Positions 1-8,755 of a stretch of DNA of 64,000 nt are shown piece after piece. The position numbers were made by a program, and so were the translations under genes. The stretch's first letter is position 1. Each line of letters starts with the position of its first letter. The notes beneath the pieces are model-generated. The model worked only from the letters and a program-made list of their open reading frames with translations, made no database searches and had not been told where the DNA came from. The stretch comes from a virus, in the IMG/VR virus record IMGVR_UViG_3300037470_000672, positions 1 through 64,000 of that record. One strand, 5' to 3'.

Positions 1-2
1 AT

Positions 3-419
3 GTCTCGGAATTCCAAAGATCCGAGCATCTTTTCAACCGGCTTGAAGTTGGGGAACGCCTTCCGAAGGTTCTCTGCCAAGTCTCGGAATTCCAAAGATC
101 CGAGCATCTTTTCAACGTGGTTGGCTTGCAAGAAGCCTGTGCGCAACAAGCGCACGAGGTCTCGGAATTCCAAAGATCCGAGCATCTTTTCAACATCCCG
201 ACGATCGCCGGCCTCTCGTCGCTCGCCTCCGAGTCTCGGAATTCCAAAGATCCGAGCATCTTTTCAACGCCGCGCTTGCTCTTCGGCGTGGGCCTTCCAC
301 TGTGTCAGCAGTCTCGGAATTCCAAAGATCCGAGCATCTTTTCAACGTGAGGTCATGCTGCCGGCCGATGCCGTGCCACTTCTGTCTCGGAATTCCAAAG
401 ATCCGAGCATCTTTTCAAC
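3..419 (-). CRISPR. CRISPR array, 6 identical 36-bp repeats and 5 complete spacers (42, 42, 38, 42, 37 nt); probably continues left of the window
   Basis: GTCTCGGAATTCCAAAGATCCGAGCATCTTTTCAAC at 3, 81, 159, 233, 311 and 384. Hairpin CTCGGA/TCCGAG. AT-rich leader-like sequence follows at 420-460. Minus orientation is inferred from the Cas12m-type layout (hairpin followed by AC at the 3' end) and from the cas12-adjacent array. Confidence 0.97.
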
Positions 420-599
420 AGTGTCACCGTAAGTATCTGTTTTTATTTACTCCTTTGCCCTGGTTGCGAGAACCTCGCTTTTGTCTAGTCCAGAACCCAG
501 CGTAGTCACCAGCCTACCCGGGGAAACACAGATCTTTCCACGCCTTTCTCGATGCGAGCGCCTTCCTCGTAGCGACACAGCGCCGAGGCGCTCGCGATT

Positions 600-674
600 T
601 GGTACTGGTGGCAGGATTTGAACCTACGTACGCCCCTTTATGAGAGAGGTGCTAAGCCGCTCAGCTACACCAGC
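600..674 (-). tRNA. tRNA with CAT anticodon (elongator Met or Ile2)
   Basis: Cloverleaf; anticodon arm CCTCT-CTCATAA-AGGGG; T loop TTCAAAT; encoded CCA. Confidence 0.9.
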
Positions 675-677
675 ATG

Positions 678-753
678 TGGTGCCCCGGGCAGGTCTCGAC
701 CCTGCAACCTCCGGCTCTTCAAACCAGCGCTCTTCCACCTGAGCTACCGGGGC
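678..753 (-). tRNA. tRNA-Phe(GAA)
   Basis: Acceptor GCCCCGG/CCGGGGC; loop TTGAAGA; encoded CCA. Confidence 0.92.
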
Positions 754-754
754 A

Positions 755-831
755 TGGAGGACCCGCCGGGACTCTCACCCGGTTGATCCCGATTTGCAGT
801 CGGGAGCCTCGACACCTTCGACCTCGGGTCC
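755..831 (-). tRNA. tRNA-Cys(GCA)
   Basis: Acceptor GGACCCG/CGGGTCC; arm CCCGA-CTGCAAA-TCGGG; U73 then CCA. Confidence 0.88.
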
Positions 832-873
832 TGGCAGCCCCACCAGGCCATGATCCTGGAACCTCCGCCTTCA

Positions 874-909
874 GTCTCGGAATTTCAAGGATCCGAGCAT
901 CCTTTCTTC
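874..909 (-). CRISPR. Solitary CRISPR repeat inside the tRNA operon
   Basis: GTCTCGGAATTTCAAGGATCCGAGCATCCTTTCTTC; first 33 nt match the cas12-adjacent repeat. Confidence 0.9.
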
Positions 910-913
910 TAGT

Positions 914-929
914 CCGCCCGTACGGGCGG
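914..929. repeat. Dispersed palindrome CCGCCCGTACGGGCGG, copy 1
   Basis: Perfect 16-bp palindrome, 4 nt from the solitary repeat. Confidence 0.95.
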
Positions 930-994
930 GTTCAACGAGCACCTGAAGTCGTTGTTGTCGACGCTAGCTATCACCTCCGTTTGCGAAAGATTGC

Positions 995-1082
995 TGGTGT
1001 AGCGGGAGGGACTCGAACCCCCAACCACGAAGGGCCTGCCGGGTTACAGCCGGTGACGTCTGCCAATCGACGCTTCCGCTAC
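995..1082 (-). tRNA. tRNA-Tyr(GTA)
   Basis: Acceptor GTAGCGG/CCGCTAC; loop CTGTAAC; long variable arm; CCA. Confidence 0.92.
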
Positions 1083-1086
1083 ATGC

Positions 1087-1160
1087 TGGCGGCGGGAGAG
1101 GGAGTCGAACCCTCACGCCCGGAACCAAAACCCGGGGTCCTACCGTTAGACGATCCCGCT
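1087..1160 (-). tRNA. tRNA-Gln(TTG)
   Basis: Loop TTTTGGT in a CCGG/CCGG stem; T loop TTCGACT; CCA. Confidence 0.9.
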
Positions 1161-1178
1161 ACATCACGCCGGGGTCAT

Positions 1179-1256
1179 TGGCAGGGGAAGCTGGGAGTCG
1201 AACCCGGAACCTACGGGTTTGGAGGCCGTCGCTCTAGCCAGTTGAGCTACTCCCCT
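1179..1256 (-). tRNA. tRNA-Trp(CCA)
   Basis: Acceptor begins AGGGGAG; loop CTCCAAA; G73 then CCA. Confidence 0.92.
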
Positions 1257-1367
1257 TCAGCCCTGCGGATGTCGCGTTTGGCTGAAGGGGCGTCAGTAGT
1301 GCTGAAACTCCTGACACATGCTCGCCGAGGAACGGATCGGGCGCACGCGAGGCGGATGCATTCCTGA

Positions 1368-1940
1368 TCATGCGGCGAGGCGCACCTCCGGTCGCTTGGT
1401 CGCCGCGTAGTGTTTCCACGCGGCCGGCCATCGCTCGGAAAGCACGAGACCGCGAGTTGCGAGGACGCCACGGAGCCCAGGAGGCTCCCAGGATTGGCCG
1501 GGGAGCTTGACGCGTGTCTGCATCTGCCAGCAGGTGCTCTCGGTGGCGCCGCTGCCGATTGGCAGGTTCGCGGCATACGAGGATGCGTAGCGCATCTTGT
1601 TGCGTCGTCGACGGATGTAGCTGATGGCAGCGGCGACGGCACTGCGCGCCCTGTCGTCGCTGCGTGCGATCTTCTTCGCCATCCGCCTCAGCTTCCGCAG
1701 GATGTTGTCGATGCCGTTGTCCTCCTTCAGCAGCGTCACGCGGTACCAGCCTTTCCAGTCCTGGGGGTCGCCCGGTGGCTCGCAGGCATCGACCACGTCT
1801 TCGAGGTAGCCGACGAGATGCTCGAAGTCGACGAACTCGCACACCTTCATCTCGCTTGGCAGCACGCGGCGAAGGGCTGCCGGCAGCGCCGACAGCTCCG
1901 GCGCCGCGTCTTGAATGCAGTGCAGCGGGATGCTGGTCAT
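1368..1940 (-). pseudogene. C-terminal fragment of an ISKra4/UPF0236-like DDE transposase
   Basis: Motifs VDFEHLVGYL, YIRRRRNKMRY and LPIGSGATES; the N-terminal half is missing. Confidence 0.75.
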
Positions 1941-2014
1941 GGTGCTCTCGTTGGGATAGGGGTCTGTGGTTCTTCGGATGAGGGTACACACAGGTTGTGT
2001 GGGGGTCAACAGAT

Positions 2015-2696
2015 CTACCGAAGCCAGTCAAGATCTCCCCGCAGGTACTCCTTGAGCCGATGCTTCTTCCCCGTACGCTCGCAGGTCACTACCCCGTCCT
2101 GTGTGCGCACAGTTCTGCACTTGTCACCTCGTTGGCCCGTTCCAACCTGAGTCTTGCGCGTGATTCCACGAGCCTGCGCTGCTTCCTGCTGAGCCCGCTG
2201 CTGGAGCTTCGCCGCGAGTGCGGCCAAGGCGTAAGCGCGGTTCTGGTGTTGGCTACGTTCGCTCTCTGAGCGCGTGACGATGCCGGTGGGGAGGTGAGTA
2301 GCCCGCACCGCGGAGTCGGTCTTGTTACGGTGCTGTCCGCCCGCACCGGTCGATCGGTACGTGTCGATCTGGATGTCCCGCATGTTGAGCTGGACTTCCG
2401 GCTTCTCCGGCTCTGGCAGGACGGCGACGGTCACGGTTGAGGTGTGAACCCGGCCGCGTTTTTCGGTGGGAGGGATCCTTTGCCACCTATGGCCGCCTGG
2501 TTCGGTTTCGGCGAGCTGGCGAGCGCCTTTGCCCACAATGCGGAGGGCCACGAAACCCGGGTGCTGTTCTAGGAGAGCGACCTCAAAGCCCCCTCCGCCC
2601 CGCGTAGCGAAGGTAGATGTCCATCTGGTCCTCGACGAGGAGTTTGGCATCATCGCCGCCTTCTGCGGCACGGATTTCTAGGATCACGGCTTCCAT
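2015..2696 (-). CDS. Class I peptide chain release factor homologue (RF1-type PxT motif, GGQ), about 226 aa, needing a +1 frameshift at 2583-2588
   Basis: Frame 1: SD AGGAGG then MEAVILEIRAAEGGDDAKL...YAGRRGL-stop. The +1 frame continues EVALLEQ...HRWQRIPPTEKRGRVHTS...GAGGQHRNKTDSAVR. Confidence 0.9.
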
Positions 2697-2727
2697 GATC
2701 GGCCTCCTGTTGATCAGCATAGCAAGC

Positions 2728-2803
2728 TGGTGCGCCGAGCAGGACTCAAACCTGCGGCCTCTCGTTCCGGAGACGAGCGCTCTGTTCGCTGAGTTACCGG
2801 CGC
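2728..2803 (-). tRNA. tRNA-Arg(CCG)
   Basis: Arm CTCGT-CTCCGGA-ACGAG; acceptor GCGCCGG/TCGGCGC; CCA. Confidence 0.9.
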
Positions 2804-2856
2804 ACGGTGCGCGTTCGCGCGTGCTCAGCGGCGATGGTGTCGTCTTCCATTCCTTA

Positions 2857-3297
2857 CTACTTGTGATCTTTACGACACACACGCTTGGTTTTATTTCTCG
2901 CTCTCCATGCCCTGCGGTACACCCTACTATGTTCGTTCCACGCATTCTTGCAAGGCTCGCATCTACACTTGTGATGCGAGTACCTAGTAAGGGTACCATG
3001 GACAGAGGTCGGACCTGGGTGCGACTTTCTAAGGTTATCCGCTGGTGACAGTATTTGCAGATTTTCTATGTCGTCATTGGTGAAATCGCCGTCGATGTGG
3101 TCTACGTGCTCTTCCTGTCCAAGAAGTCGTCCAAGGTGGACTGACATAAGGTACCTTGCCAAGCTCATAGACCCTCGGTGAGAGTAATCTTTCTTTACGA
3201 GGTGAACGTACCTCCTTTCATTCTTATGGACTGTAGGGCCGTAGACTGTATAACCTTCAAAAGGTGGAGGGGCTGATCTCCCTTTTCTCTCTACCAT
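2857..3297 (-). CDS. HNH endonuclease with C-terminal HGT-x-Y-x-CRC-xx-C motif
   Basis: HVDHIDGDFTNDDIENLQIL HNH motif; HGTLTRYSHHKCRCEPC. Confidence 0.85.
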   Translation of the reverse strand: MVERKGRSAPPPFEGYTVYGPTVHKNERRYVHLVKKDYSHRGSMSLARYLMSVHLGRLLGQEEHVDHIDGDFTNDDIENLQILSPADNLRKSHPGPTSVHGTLTRYSHHKCRCEPCKNAWNEHSRVYRRAWRARNKTKRVCRKDHK

Positions 3298-3342
3298 CTA
3301 AAATCCCATTTAAGATGTCCAAGAGTTTACTCTCACGTTCGG

Positions 3343-3419
3343 TGGGGCCGGTGAAGGTGCTCGAAACCCCATCATGTCCGCTTACAAGGCGGATCGTCTG
3401 CCTCTTGACGTACACCGGC
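3343..3419 (-). tRNA. tRNA-Thr(TGT)
   Basis: Arm TCCGC-CTTGTAA-GCGGA; acceptor GCCGGTG/CACCGGC; CCA. Confidence 0.85.
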
Positions 3420-3439
3420 GCGTTGTCCTCTCTTCCTTC

Positions 3440-3515
3440 TGGATCCTACGACCAGGATCGAACCGGCGACCTCCGCGATACCAGCACGGTGCTCTGCCAT
3501 CTGAGCTACGCAGGC
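3440..3515 (-). tRNA. tRNA-Thr(GGT)
   Basis: Loop CTGGTAT; D arm GCTC/GAGC; T loop TTCGATC; U73 then CCA. Confidence 0.88.
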
Positions 3516-4093
3516 CCACTTGTAGAGACTCTAGACCTAGCCCTTTCCCGAAAGGCCCGCCCCCTTTCGGTATTACCAGCTCGACAAACATCACAGCGGC
3601 ACTTGTGATAGCCGTACATGCTTGCCGTTCCATGATCCGCCTTGCTACGAGGTTTAACCCCTTTCCGTATACGTAGGCTACGATTGTACTCTCGCATGGC
3701 CGATTTACAGGCATCGCAGCGACACTTTTTGTTTACGTACATTACGTACGTACCGTGATCAGAGAATCTTCTACCTAGGTCTTCGACCACGGTTTTCTCA
3801 TTGTGACAAGGACCGCAGAGCAACTGGCAGTTCTTCAGCTCTTCCATCCTTCGAGCATTGTTGACGTAAGCCATCCTGGGGACTTTCATCGTCTTCTTAG
3901 CCCGATCGATGTGGTCAATCTGAAGGTCTTTCTCACTACCACATCGGGCGCACTTTCCCCCCAAGTGGGTTATCATCTCCTTTCGTTTTTCGTGGTATCG
4001 TCTACGCATGTACTCGCGGTAGTAGGCGTTGTACTCCTCTTTGGTCCAGTCTTTGCGCGCCATGCCCCATGGTACGCTGTTAAGACAGGACAT
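3506..4093 (-). CDS. HNH endonuclease with two HGT...CRC-xx-C repeats
   Basis: CARCGSEKDLQIDHID...CQLLCGPCHNEKT (zinc-binding HNH); HGTYVMYVNKKCRCDAC and HGTASMYGYHKCRCDVC. Confidence 0.88.
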   Translation of the reverse strand: MSCLNSVPWGMARKDWTKEEYNAYYREYMRRRYHEKRKEMITHLGGKCARCGSEKDLQIDHIDRAKKTMKVPRMAYVNNARRMEELKNCQLLCGPCHNEKTVVEDLGRRFSDHGTYVMYVNKKCRCDACKSAMREYNRSLRIRKGVKPRSKADHGTASMYGYHKCRCDVCRAGNTERGRAFRERARSRVSTSGPA

Positions 4094-4158
4094 TCAACCG
4101 TTTGTGGTATGGATGCTGTTCCTGTCTAGCTTCGAGCCTTCTTTCCTTTTCAAGTATA

Positions 4159-4234
4159 TGGTGGACTCGATCGGGGTCGAACCGATGACCTTCACCTTGC
4201 AAGGGTGTTGCTCTCCCGACTGAGCTACGAGCCC
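4159..4234 (-). tRNA. tRNA-Ala(TGC)
   Basis: Loop CTTGCAA; acceptor GGGCTCG/CGAGTCC with G3:U70; CCA. Confidence 0.93.
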
Positions 4235-4235
4235 A

Positions 4236-4312
4236 TGGCGGACCAGATGGGAGTCGAACCCACTTCAACCTGTTCGACAAACAGGCGCCTCCTCCGCTTC
4301 GGCTTCTGGTCC
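4236..4312 (-). tRNA. tRNA-Asp(GTC)
   Basis: Arm CCTGT-TTGTCGA-ACAGG; G73 then CCA. Confidence 0.9.
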
Positions 4313-4509
4313 TCGACGTTGTCCCTTCATGCGCCGAACCCCCTCCCCGTCTTCTCGACGGCCAGAGGGGGTTCGATGAACCTGGACGTCGAGATCTGAG
4401 CTAGGTGCGGCTGTCTTCCACGCGCGTATTCCCGCGGGTGAAGATCATGGAGATGGCGGTGCGCTTCGCTTCTGTGAGCACTCGCTCGCTCTCTGTCGAG
4501 GCTTTTCTG

Positions 4510-4586
4510 TGGTCGGGGCGGCGGGATTCGAACCCGCGACTTCCGGTACCCAAAACCGGCGCGCTACCAGCCTGCGCCACACCCCG
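4510..4586 (-). tRNA. tRNA-Pro(TGG)
   Basis: Acceptor begins CGGGGTG; arm CCGGT-TTTGGGT-ACCGG; CCA. Confidence 0.93.
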
Positions 4587-4763
4587 CCGATGCTCGACAG
4601 AGAGCCCGGTAGGTCGTGGGGGTGGTTGGTTGAGCAGGTGCAACATCGCCGTGGGTCCTTGGCCTGTACGTACGTACAGGAGAGCTTTCAGTGTTATCGA
4701 CACACGGATGAGCCTGTCAAGTGATCTTACGGTAAACCCGACCAGACTTCTCCGATCAGGCTA

Positions 4764-5069
4764 TCAGGCCGCACCCTCAGCCGATCGGGGAAACGGAACG
4801 ACCTTCCCGGTGTCCTCTTGCTCTTCCTGCTCCGCTTCTTCGACTGCTGCACGCACATCAGCTTGCTTGAGCGCGGTCGTTGTCACCTTGCGAAGCTTCT
4901 CGTTCTGCTCCTCTCCCTCACAAATTGCTTTGTCGAGGTCGTCGAGAGCTGACATGGCCATGCGGTAACTCTTCGACGCGCCATCCTCAAACCCGCTGTC
5001 CCCTTTGCCGTTCGGTTCTGTGACTTCCTGGTGGAGAGAGGGGGACTTCGGCCGAAAGAGTTTGAACAT
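4764..5069 (-). CDS. Hypothetical protein, 101 aa
   Basis: ORF with upstream GGAG SD; charged, coiled-coil-like composition. Confidence 0.65.
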   Translation of the reverse strand: MFKLFRPKSPSLHQEVTEPNGKGDSGFEDGASKSYRMAMSALDDLDKAICEGEEQNEKLRKVTTTALKQADVRAAVEEAEQEEQEDTGKVVPFPRSAEGAA

Positions 5070-5086
5070 GGACGTAACTCCTGGGT

Positions 5087-5371
5087 TCAGCGACGACGGA
5101 TCTCATCGTCCCACTTTTCGATAAGTTGGATCAAGCGAGCCTTGGACGAGTTGTTCTCGGTCGTGACCTCCGTGAGCCGGGTCACCATGTCTATGATCTT
5201 GTCGCTCAGCGCCTTGTTCTCCTCGCGGAGCTTTCCAAACTCTCCCGCGTTCTCTTTCCGAAGCTGCTCCCGCGCTCGATACAAGAACCCCGCCACAAAC
5301 AGCGCAATGGCTGTCACCGCGTACGGACCGCCGCTTTTGAGCAAATCTGTGATGGCGGTGATCGTGTCCAT
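5087..5371 (-). CDS. Small membrane protein (one TM plus coiled coil), possibly holin-like
   Basis: Hydrophobic stretch PYAVTAIALFVAGFLY followed by a charged heptad region. Confidence 0.55.
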   Translation of the reverse strand: MDTITAITDLLKSGGPYAVTAIALFVAGFLYRAREQLRKENAGEFGKLREENKALSDKIIDMVTRLTEVTTENNSSKARLIQLIEKWDDEIRRR

Positions 5372-5786
5372 ACGCCCAGCTCCCGGTGCGCTGTCCTACA
5401 GACGCCAGTATAGAGGCTAAGGTGTCTGGTTGGTACTGCAACATCACTTTGCCACAAACACCAAAAGTTTCGGCATACGGGCACGATAAGATGTATTACT
5501 TACCTTCTACCTTTGAACTTATGAGCGTGTTTCTGGGCGCACGGTCTCGCTCTGGACGCCCTTATTTCGTGTACCCTGCGCGCCGAGCGCCTGCGGTGTT
5601 TTTCTTGCGAGCGAAGATAAGAGCGCGCCTTTTCGGCGAGGGCTTGTTGGCGCTGGATTTTCGCCGCCCGCTCCCGAAAGAACTGCTCCCAGTCTTGGGG
5701 TAGATAGACGGGCGTGGCTGCTGTTTCCTGCAAGTATACGCAGGCACACGTGCAGCTTGTTGCGCCGCTGGCGTCGACGTACATCT

Positions 5787-6527
5787 TCATGAGACCAAGA
5801 TGCTGGTAGGTGGTCGGGTCTGCCAAGTCCAGATCGTGTTGGGGTAGGCACGGCGCGACCAGTAAATCTCGCGCGGCTGATCGGCCGTGCCACTCTTGAC
5901 GCCTTCCAACTCCGACCAGCTTGGTACCTCCCCGGGTCGAAGAACGTAGGCACCGCTGTGGAAGGGGAAGCCGATGATGAAGGTGTGACCAGCAATCTGG
6001 CAGCCCAGGTCATCGGCCCATGTGCGCGCAAAGCTCTGGCCGGGTTTGCCGGTGAACAGAGAGCAGATGCGAAACCAGAGCAAAGACTCTTCCGTCACCA
6101 GGGAAGCGAGAGCTGCAAGAAGAAGCGTGTGATCGCTGGTCTGCGCCGAGCGGGGGAACAGGTACTCCTGGTTGCAGTAGGCTCTGCCGGGCGCGCCGTG
6201 GCCCCAGTATTGAACCTCCGCGATGCCCTCGTGTTCCCCTACCTTGGTTAGCCACCTAAGCGCATCTTCCCAGGTCTGCGCAGGGTAGACAGCATCGAAG
6301 CGCCCCAGCGCTCTGAAGCCGTAGCTACCGAGCATCCAGGAACGGTGCAGAAGCCAGTTCCGGTTGCGTTGCTTGTAGGCTTTCCACCCTTTTTTAAGAG
6401 ATTGTGGTTCCCACGGCGTGTCCAGCTCGCCGAAGCGAGGCCAAAGATTCCCCGGCTGTGATGCGTCAAAGACAGCAAGGCGTAGGCTGGTGGGCTTAGC
6501 AGAACTTACGAGCGCTTCGGTTCCCAT
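5787..6527 (-). CDS. Hypothetical protein, DUF4347-like
   Basis: WGHGAPG and LWFRICS motifs resemble the His/Cys pair of DUF4347-type domains. Confidence 0.5.
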   Translation of the reverse strand: MGTEALVSSAKPTSLRLAVFDASQPGNLWPRFGELDTPWEPQSLKKGWKAYKQRNRNWLLHRSWMLGSYGFRALGRFDAVYPAQTWEDALRWLTKVGEHEGIAEVQYWGHGAPGRAYCNQEYLFPRSAQTSDHTLLLAALASLVTEESLLWFRICSLFTGKPGQSFARTWADDLGCQIAGHTFIIGFPFHSGAYVLRPGEVPSWSELEGVKSGTADQPREIYWSRRAYPNTIWTWQTRPPTSILVS

Positions 6528-8383
6528 GCAGGGACCTTATCACTGCCAGGTCTCACCAACAGGGCGTAGGAGCGAGAGCCCTACCTTCCGTTCGTTCGGC
6601 CGCGAGCTGAGGTCGACGAGGTGGGTAAGGTGCTCGGGTCTGAGCGCCCCTTGCTCGTGCTTCTTCCAGAGCACGCGGGCGTAGTCGCGGTCGAGGACGA
6701 GCTGGCGCTTGTAGATCCGCTCCTCGACGATCTTCACATCGAAGGCCAGGTAGCGATCCGTCTTCTTGACCTCGTGCTGCTCCCAGCCGCCCTTCTTCCC
6801 CGCGTTGCGGGCAGAAATTTCGTCCTTGGCGTCGTCCTCGTCCTTGAAGACCTTGATCGGGACGGGGTTCCCCTTCTCAAACAAGGCCCAGGCCCAGGCT
6901 TCCTGGTTGTTGGTCAATGGGCTTCCTCCTCAACTAGGTCGGCGTGCTTGACCATGTTGGCCGCGAAATCGCGAGCCATCTGAGGCGCCATACCGAACCA
7001 GGATACCTGCTTTCCGAAGAAGTCCACGATGACGTTACCCTCAGCGTGGCCGAAGGCGACGTGGAAGTCACCCTGATCTTGACCCTTCGGCCCGATCTTG
7101 GACTCGTCAGCCGCACGCAGAGAGTCGAGCAAAACAACCAACTCCGAGCCCCCTCCGTTGAAGTTGGAAACAACCTCAGCGAAGGCGTCCTCTGCCTTGA
7201 TATCCCAGAAATCCTCGGAGGAATCGAAGCCGGCTGAGGTCAGCAAAGGAATGATGCTAGGAGGGAGCTTGGAAACGCAGATCATCGCCTTGCGCGCTCC
7301 TTCTTGAGATGCTCCTCGTCCGAGATGTTCATGGTTTGACCCTTTCGTCTACATCTTTGAAACCACGGATCTGAGGATTGTCCACATCGTCTTCTGGCTG
7401 AGCCACCTGACGCAACTTTTCTGACGTGACCTTAAAACCGCATCGTGGACAGTAGACCGTCCCAAGCGAGAAAGCGTCAAACATGTCTTTGCAATCGCAA
7501 GTGGAGTAGATTGGTCGCTCAAGTTCCGCGCCCATTTGCTGAGCCAACAGCTCCCTGAAGTCGAGGTGATCGCCAGACCGGTAGCCACAGTTGACCAGCC
7601 AGCGGTATACCACCACCGGGAGAGCGACTCGCGAAGGCGTCACAGCAGGACTCACAACGTTCCCCATCACGGTCGTCTCCACGCGCGCAGCCGAGCGCGC
7701 ATATACACCAGACCGGGGAACGCGCCAAGGAGCGCGCAGAAGGCAGCGATCTCATCCGGGCACAGGTGAAACGGCATCACCGCACCTCGCCGACGAAGTA
7801 GACGGGGTTGGGCGGCTCGTGCGGCTCACGCATCTTGAGCCCGCTGATGTCGTGGCGCGACTCCTGACCCCCTGGGATGGGGAAGTCGATGATCTCTCCC
7901 GTCGAGAGCAATTCGCAGGTCGCGTCGATGTAGTCGTCTTCGGTGTAGCCCGCGCTCTGGCACATGCTGAAAAGGAACGCCTCCGTCTGCGGACCGCTAC
8001 GCAGACCAGAGAGGACAGTCGCGGCGCAATAACGGCGCTTCACGACGGCACCTTGATGCCCATCCCCTGGGCCTGCTCGCGGGACACTTCGAAGACCACG
8101 AGCCCGCCCTTGTGGCGGACGAGGACCGTGTCGCTAGGCTCGCCGAAGCCTGCCTCGCGGAGCGCGTTGGCCATGCGCGAGACCGCCTCCGGGCTGGAGT
8201 CACGGACGTGGCTCCAGTCGTAGCACTGCTCGCGCGCGAACTCGCGAGAGAGCCCGCCACCGAAGCCGTCGCCGAGCAGGTAGACCTGCTCGAAGACGTT
8301 GAGCGGGAGCGCCGAGCGCCCCTCGTGCCCCATCTTCGCGACCACCAGCTCCCAGTCGTTGTTTGCCATCTTTGCCTCCTCTT

Positions 8384-8437
8384 CAGCCATTCGTGGCTGA
8401 CTGAGATCATTTTAGGCGATCACTTTTCGCTTGTCAA
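8384..8437 (-). promoter_or_regulatory. Sigma70-type promoter with hairpin leader
   Basis: TTGACA-17-TAAAAT; AAAAGTGATC in the spacer; hairpin CAGCCA-CGAA-TGGCTG, then AAGAGGAG. Confidence 0.85.
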
Positions 8438-8755
8438 CAGATCCTCTTGTTCCAGATCTGCGACGTGTTGAAGGATCTGCTCCTCTGTCAGCGTCCAGTC
8501 CTGCTCTTGAGGCAGCGGGCCGATCACTTTGAACTTGAAGCGCTGGTACAGCTCAAGAGCACGGTCGTCTCCGATGGCGTCGGCGAGCAGAGCGAGGGCG
8601 AGTTGGGCAGGACCACTGCCGTTGTACCCCCATTCGAAGCCGTCTGGACTGTGGTTGCGCAGGTCCAGCCGCAGATCGAGCGGACGTGCCCCATCCCCGT
8701 CGTTGACGGTCACCAGAGTTTCGGCATGGTTGCGGTACCCTTTGTAAACCTTCAC
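8420..8755 (-). CDS. DUF6166-like phage protein
   Basis: NHSPDGFEWGYNGSGPAQLALALLAD motif. Confidence 0.7.
   Translation of the reverse strand: MKVYKGYRNHAETLVTVNDGDGARPLDLRLDLRNHSPDGFEWGYNGSGPAQLALALLADAIGDDRALELYQRFKFKVIGPLPQEQDWTLTEEQILQHVADLEQEDLLTSEK

Noticed and set aside
1-505. ORFs 1-432, 117-350 and 302-505 with repeated SRNSKDPSIFS / LGIPKIRASFQ peptides
   Set aside because: These are translations of the CRISPR repeats, not genes
618-1367. 249-aa plus-strand ORF and similar ORFs across 3374-4703 and 40190-40420
   Set aside because: They are antisense or overlapping readings of tRNA genes
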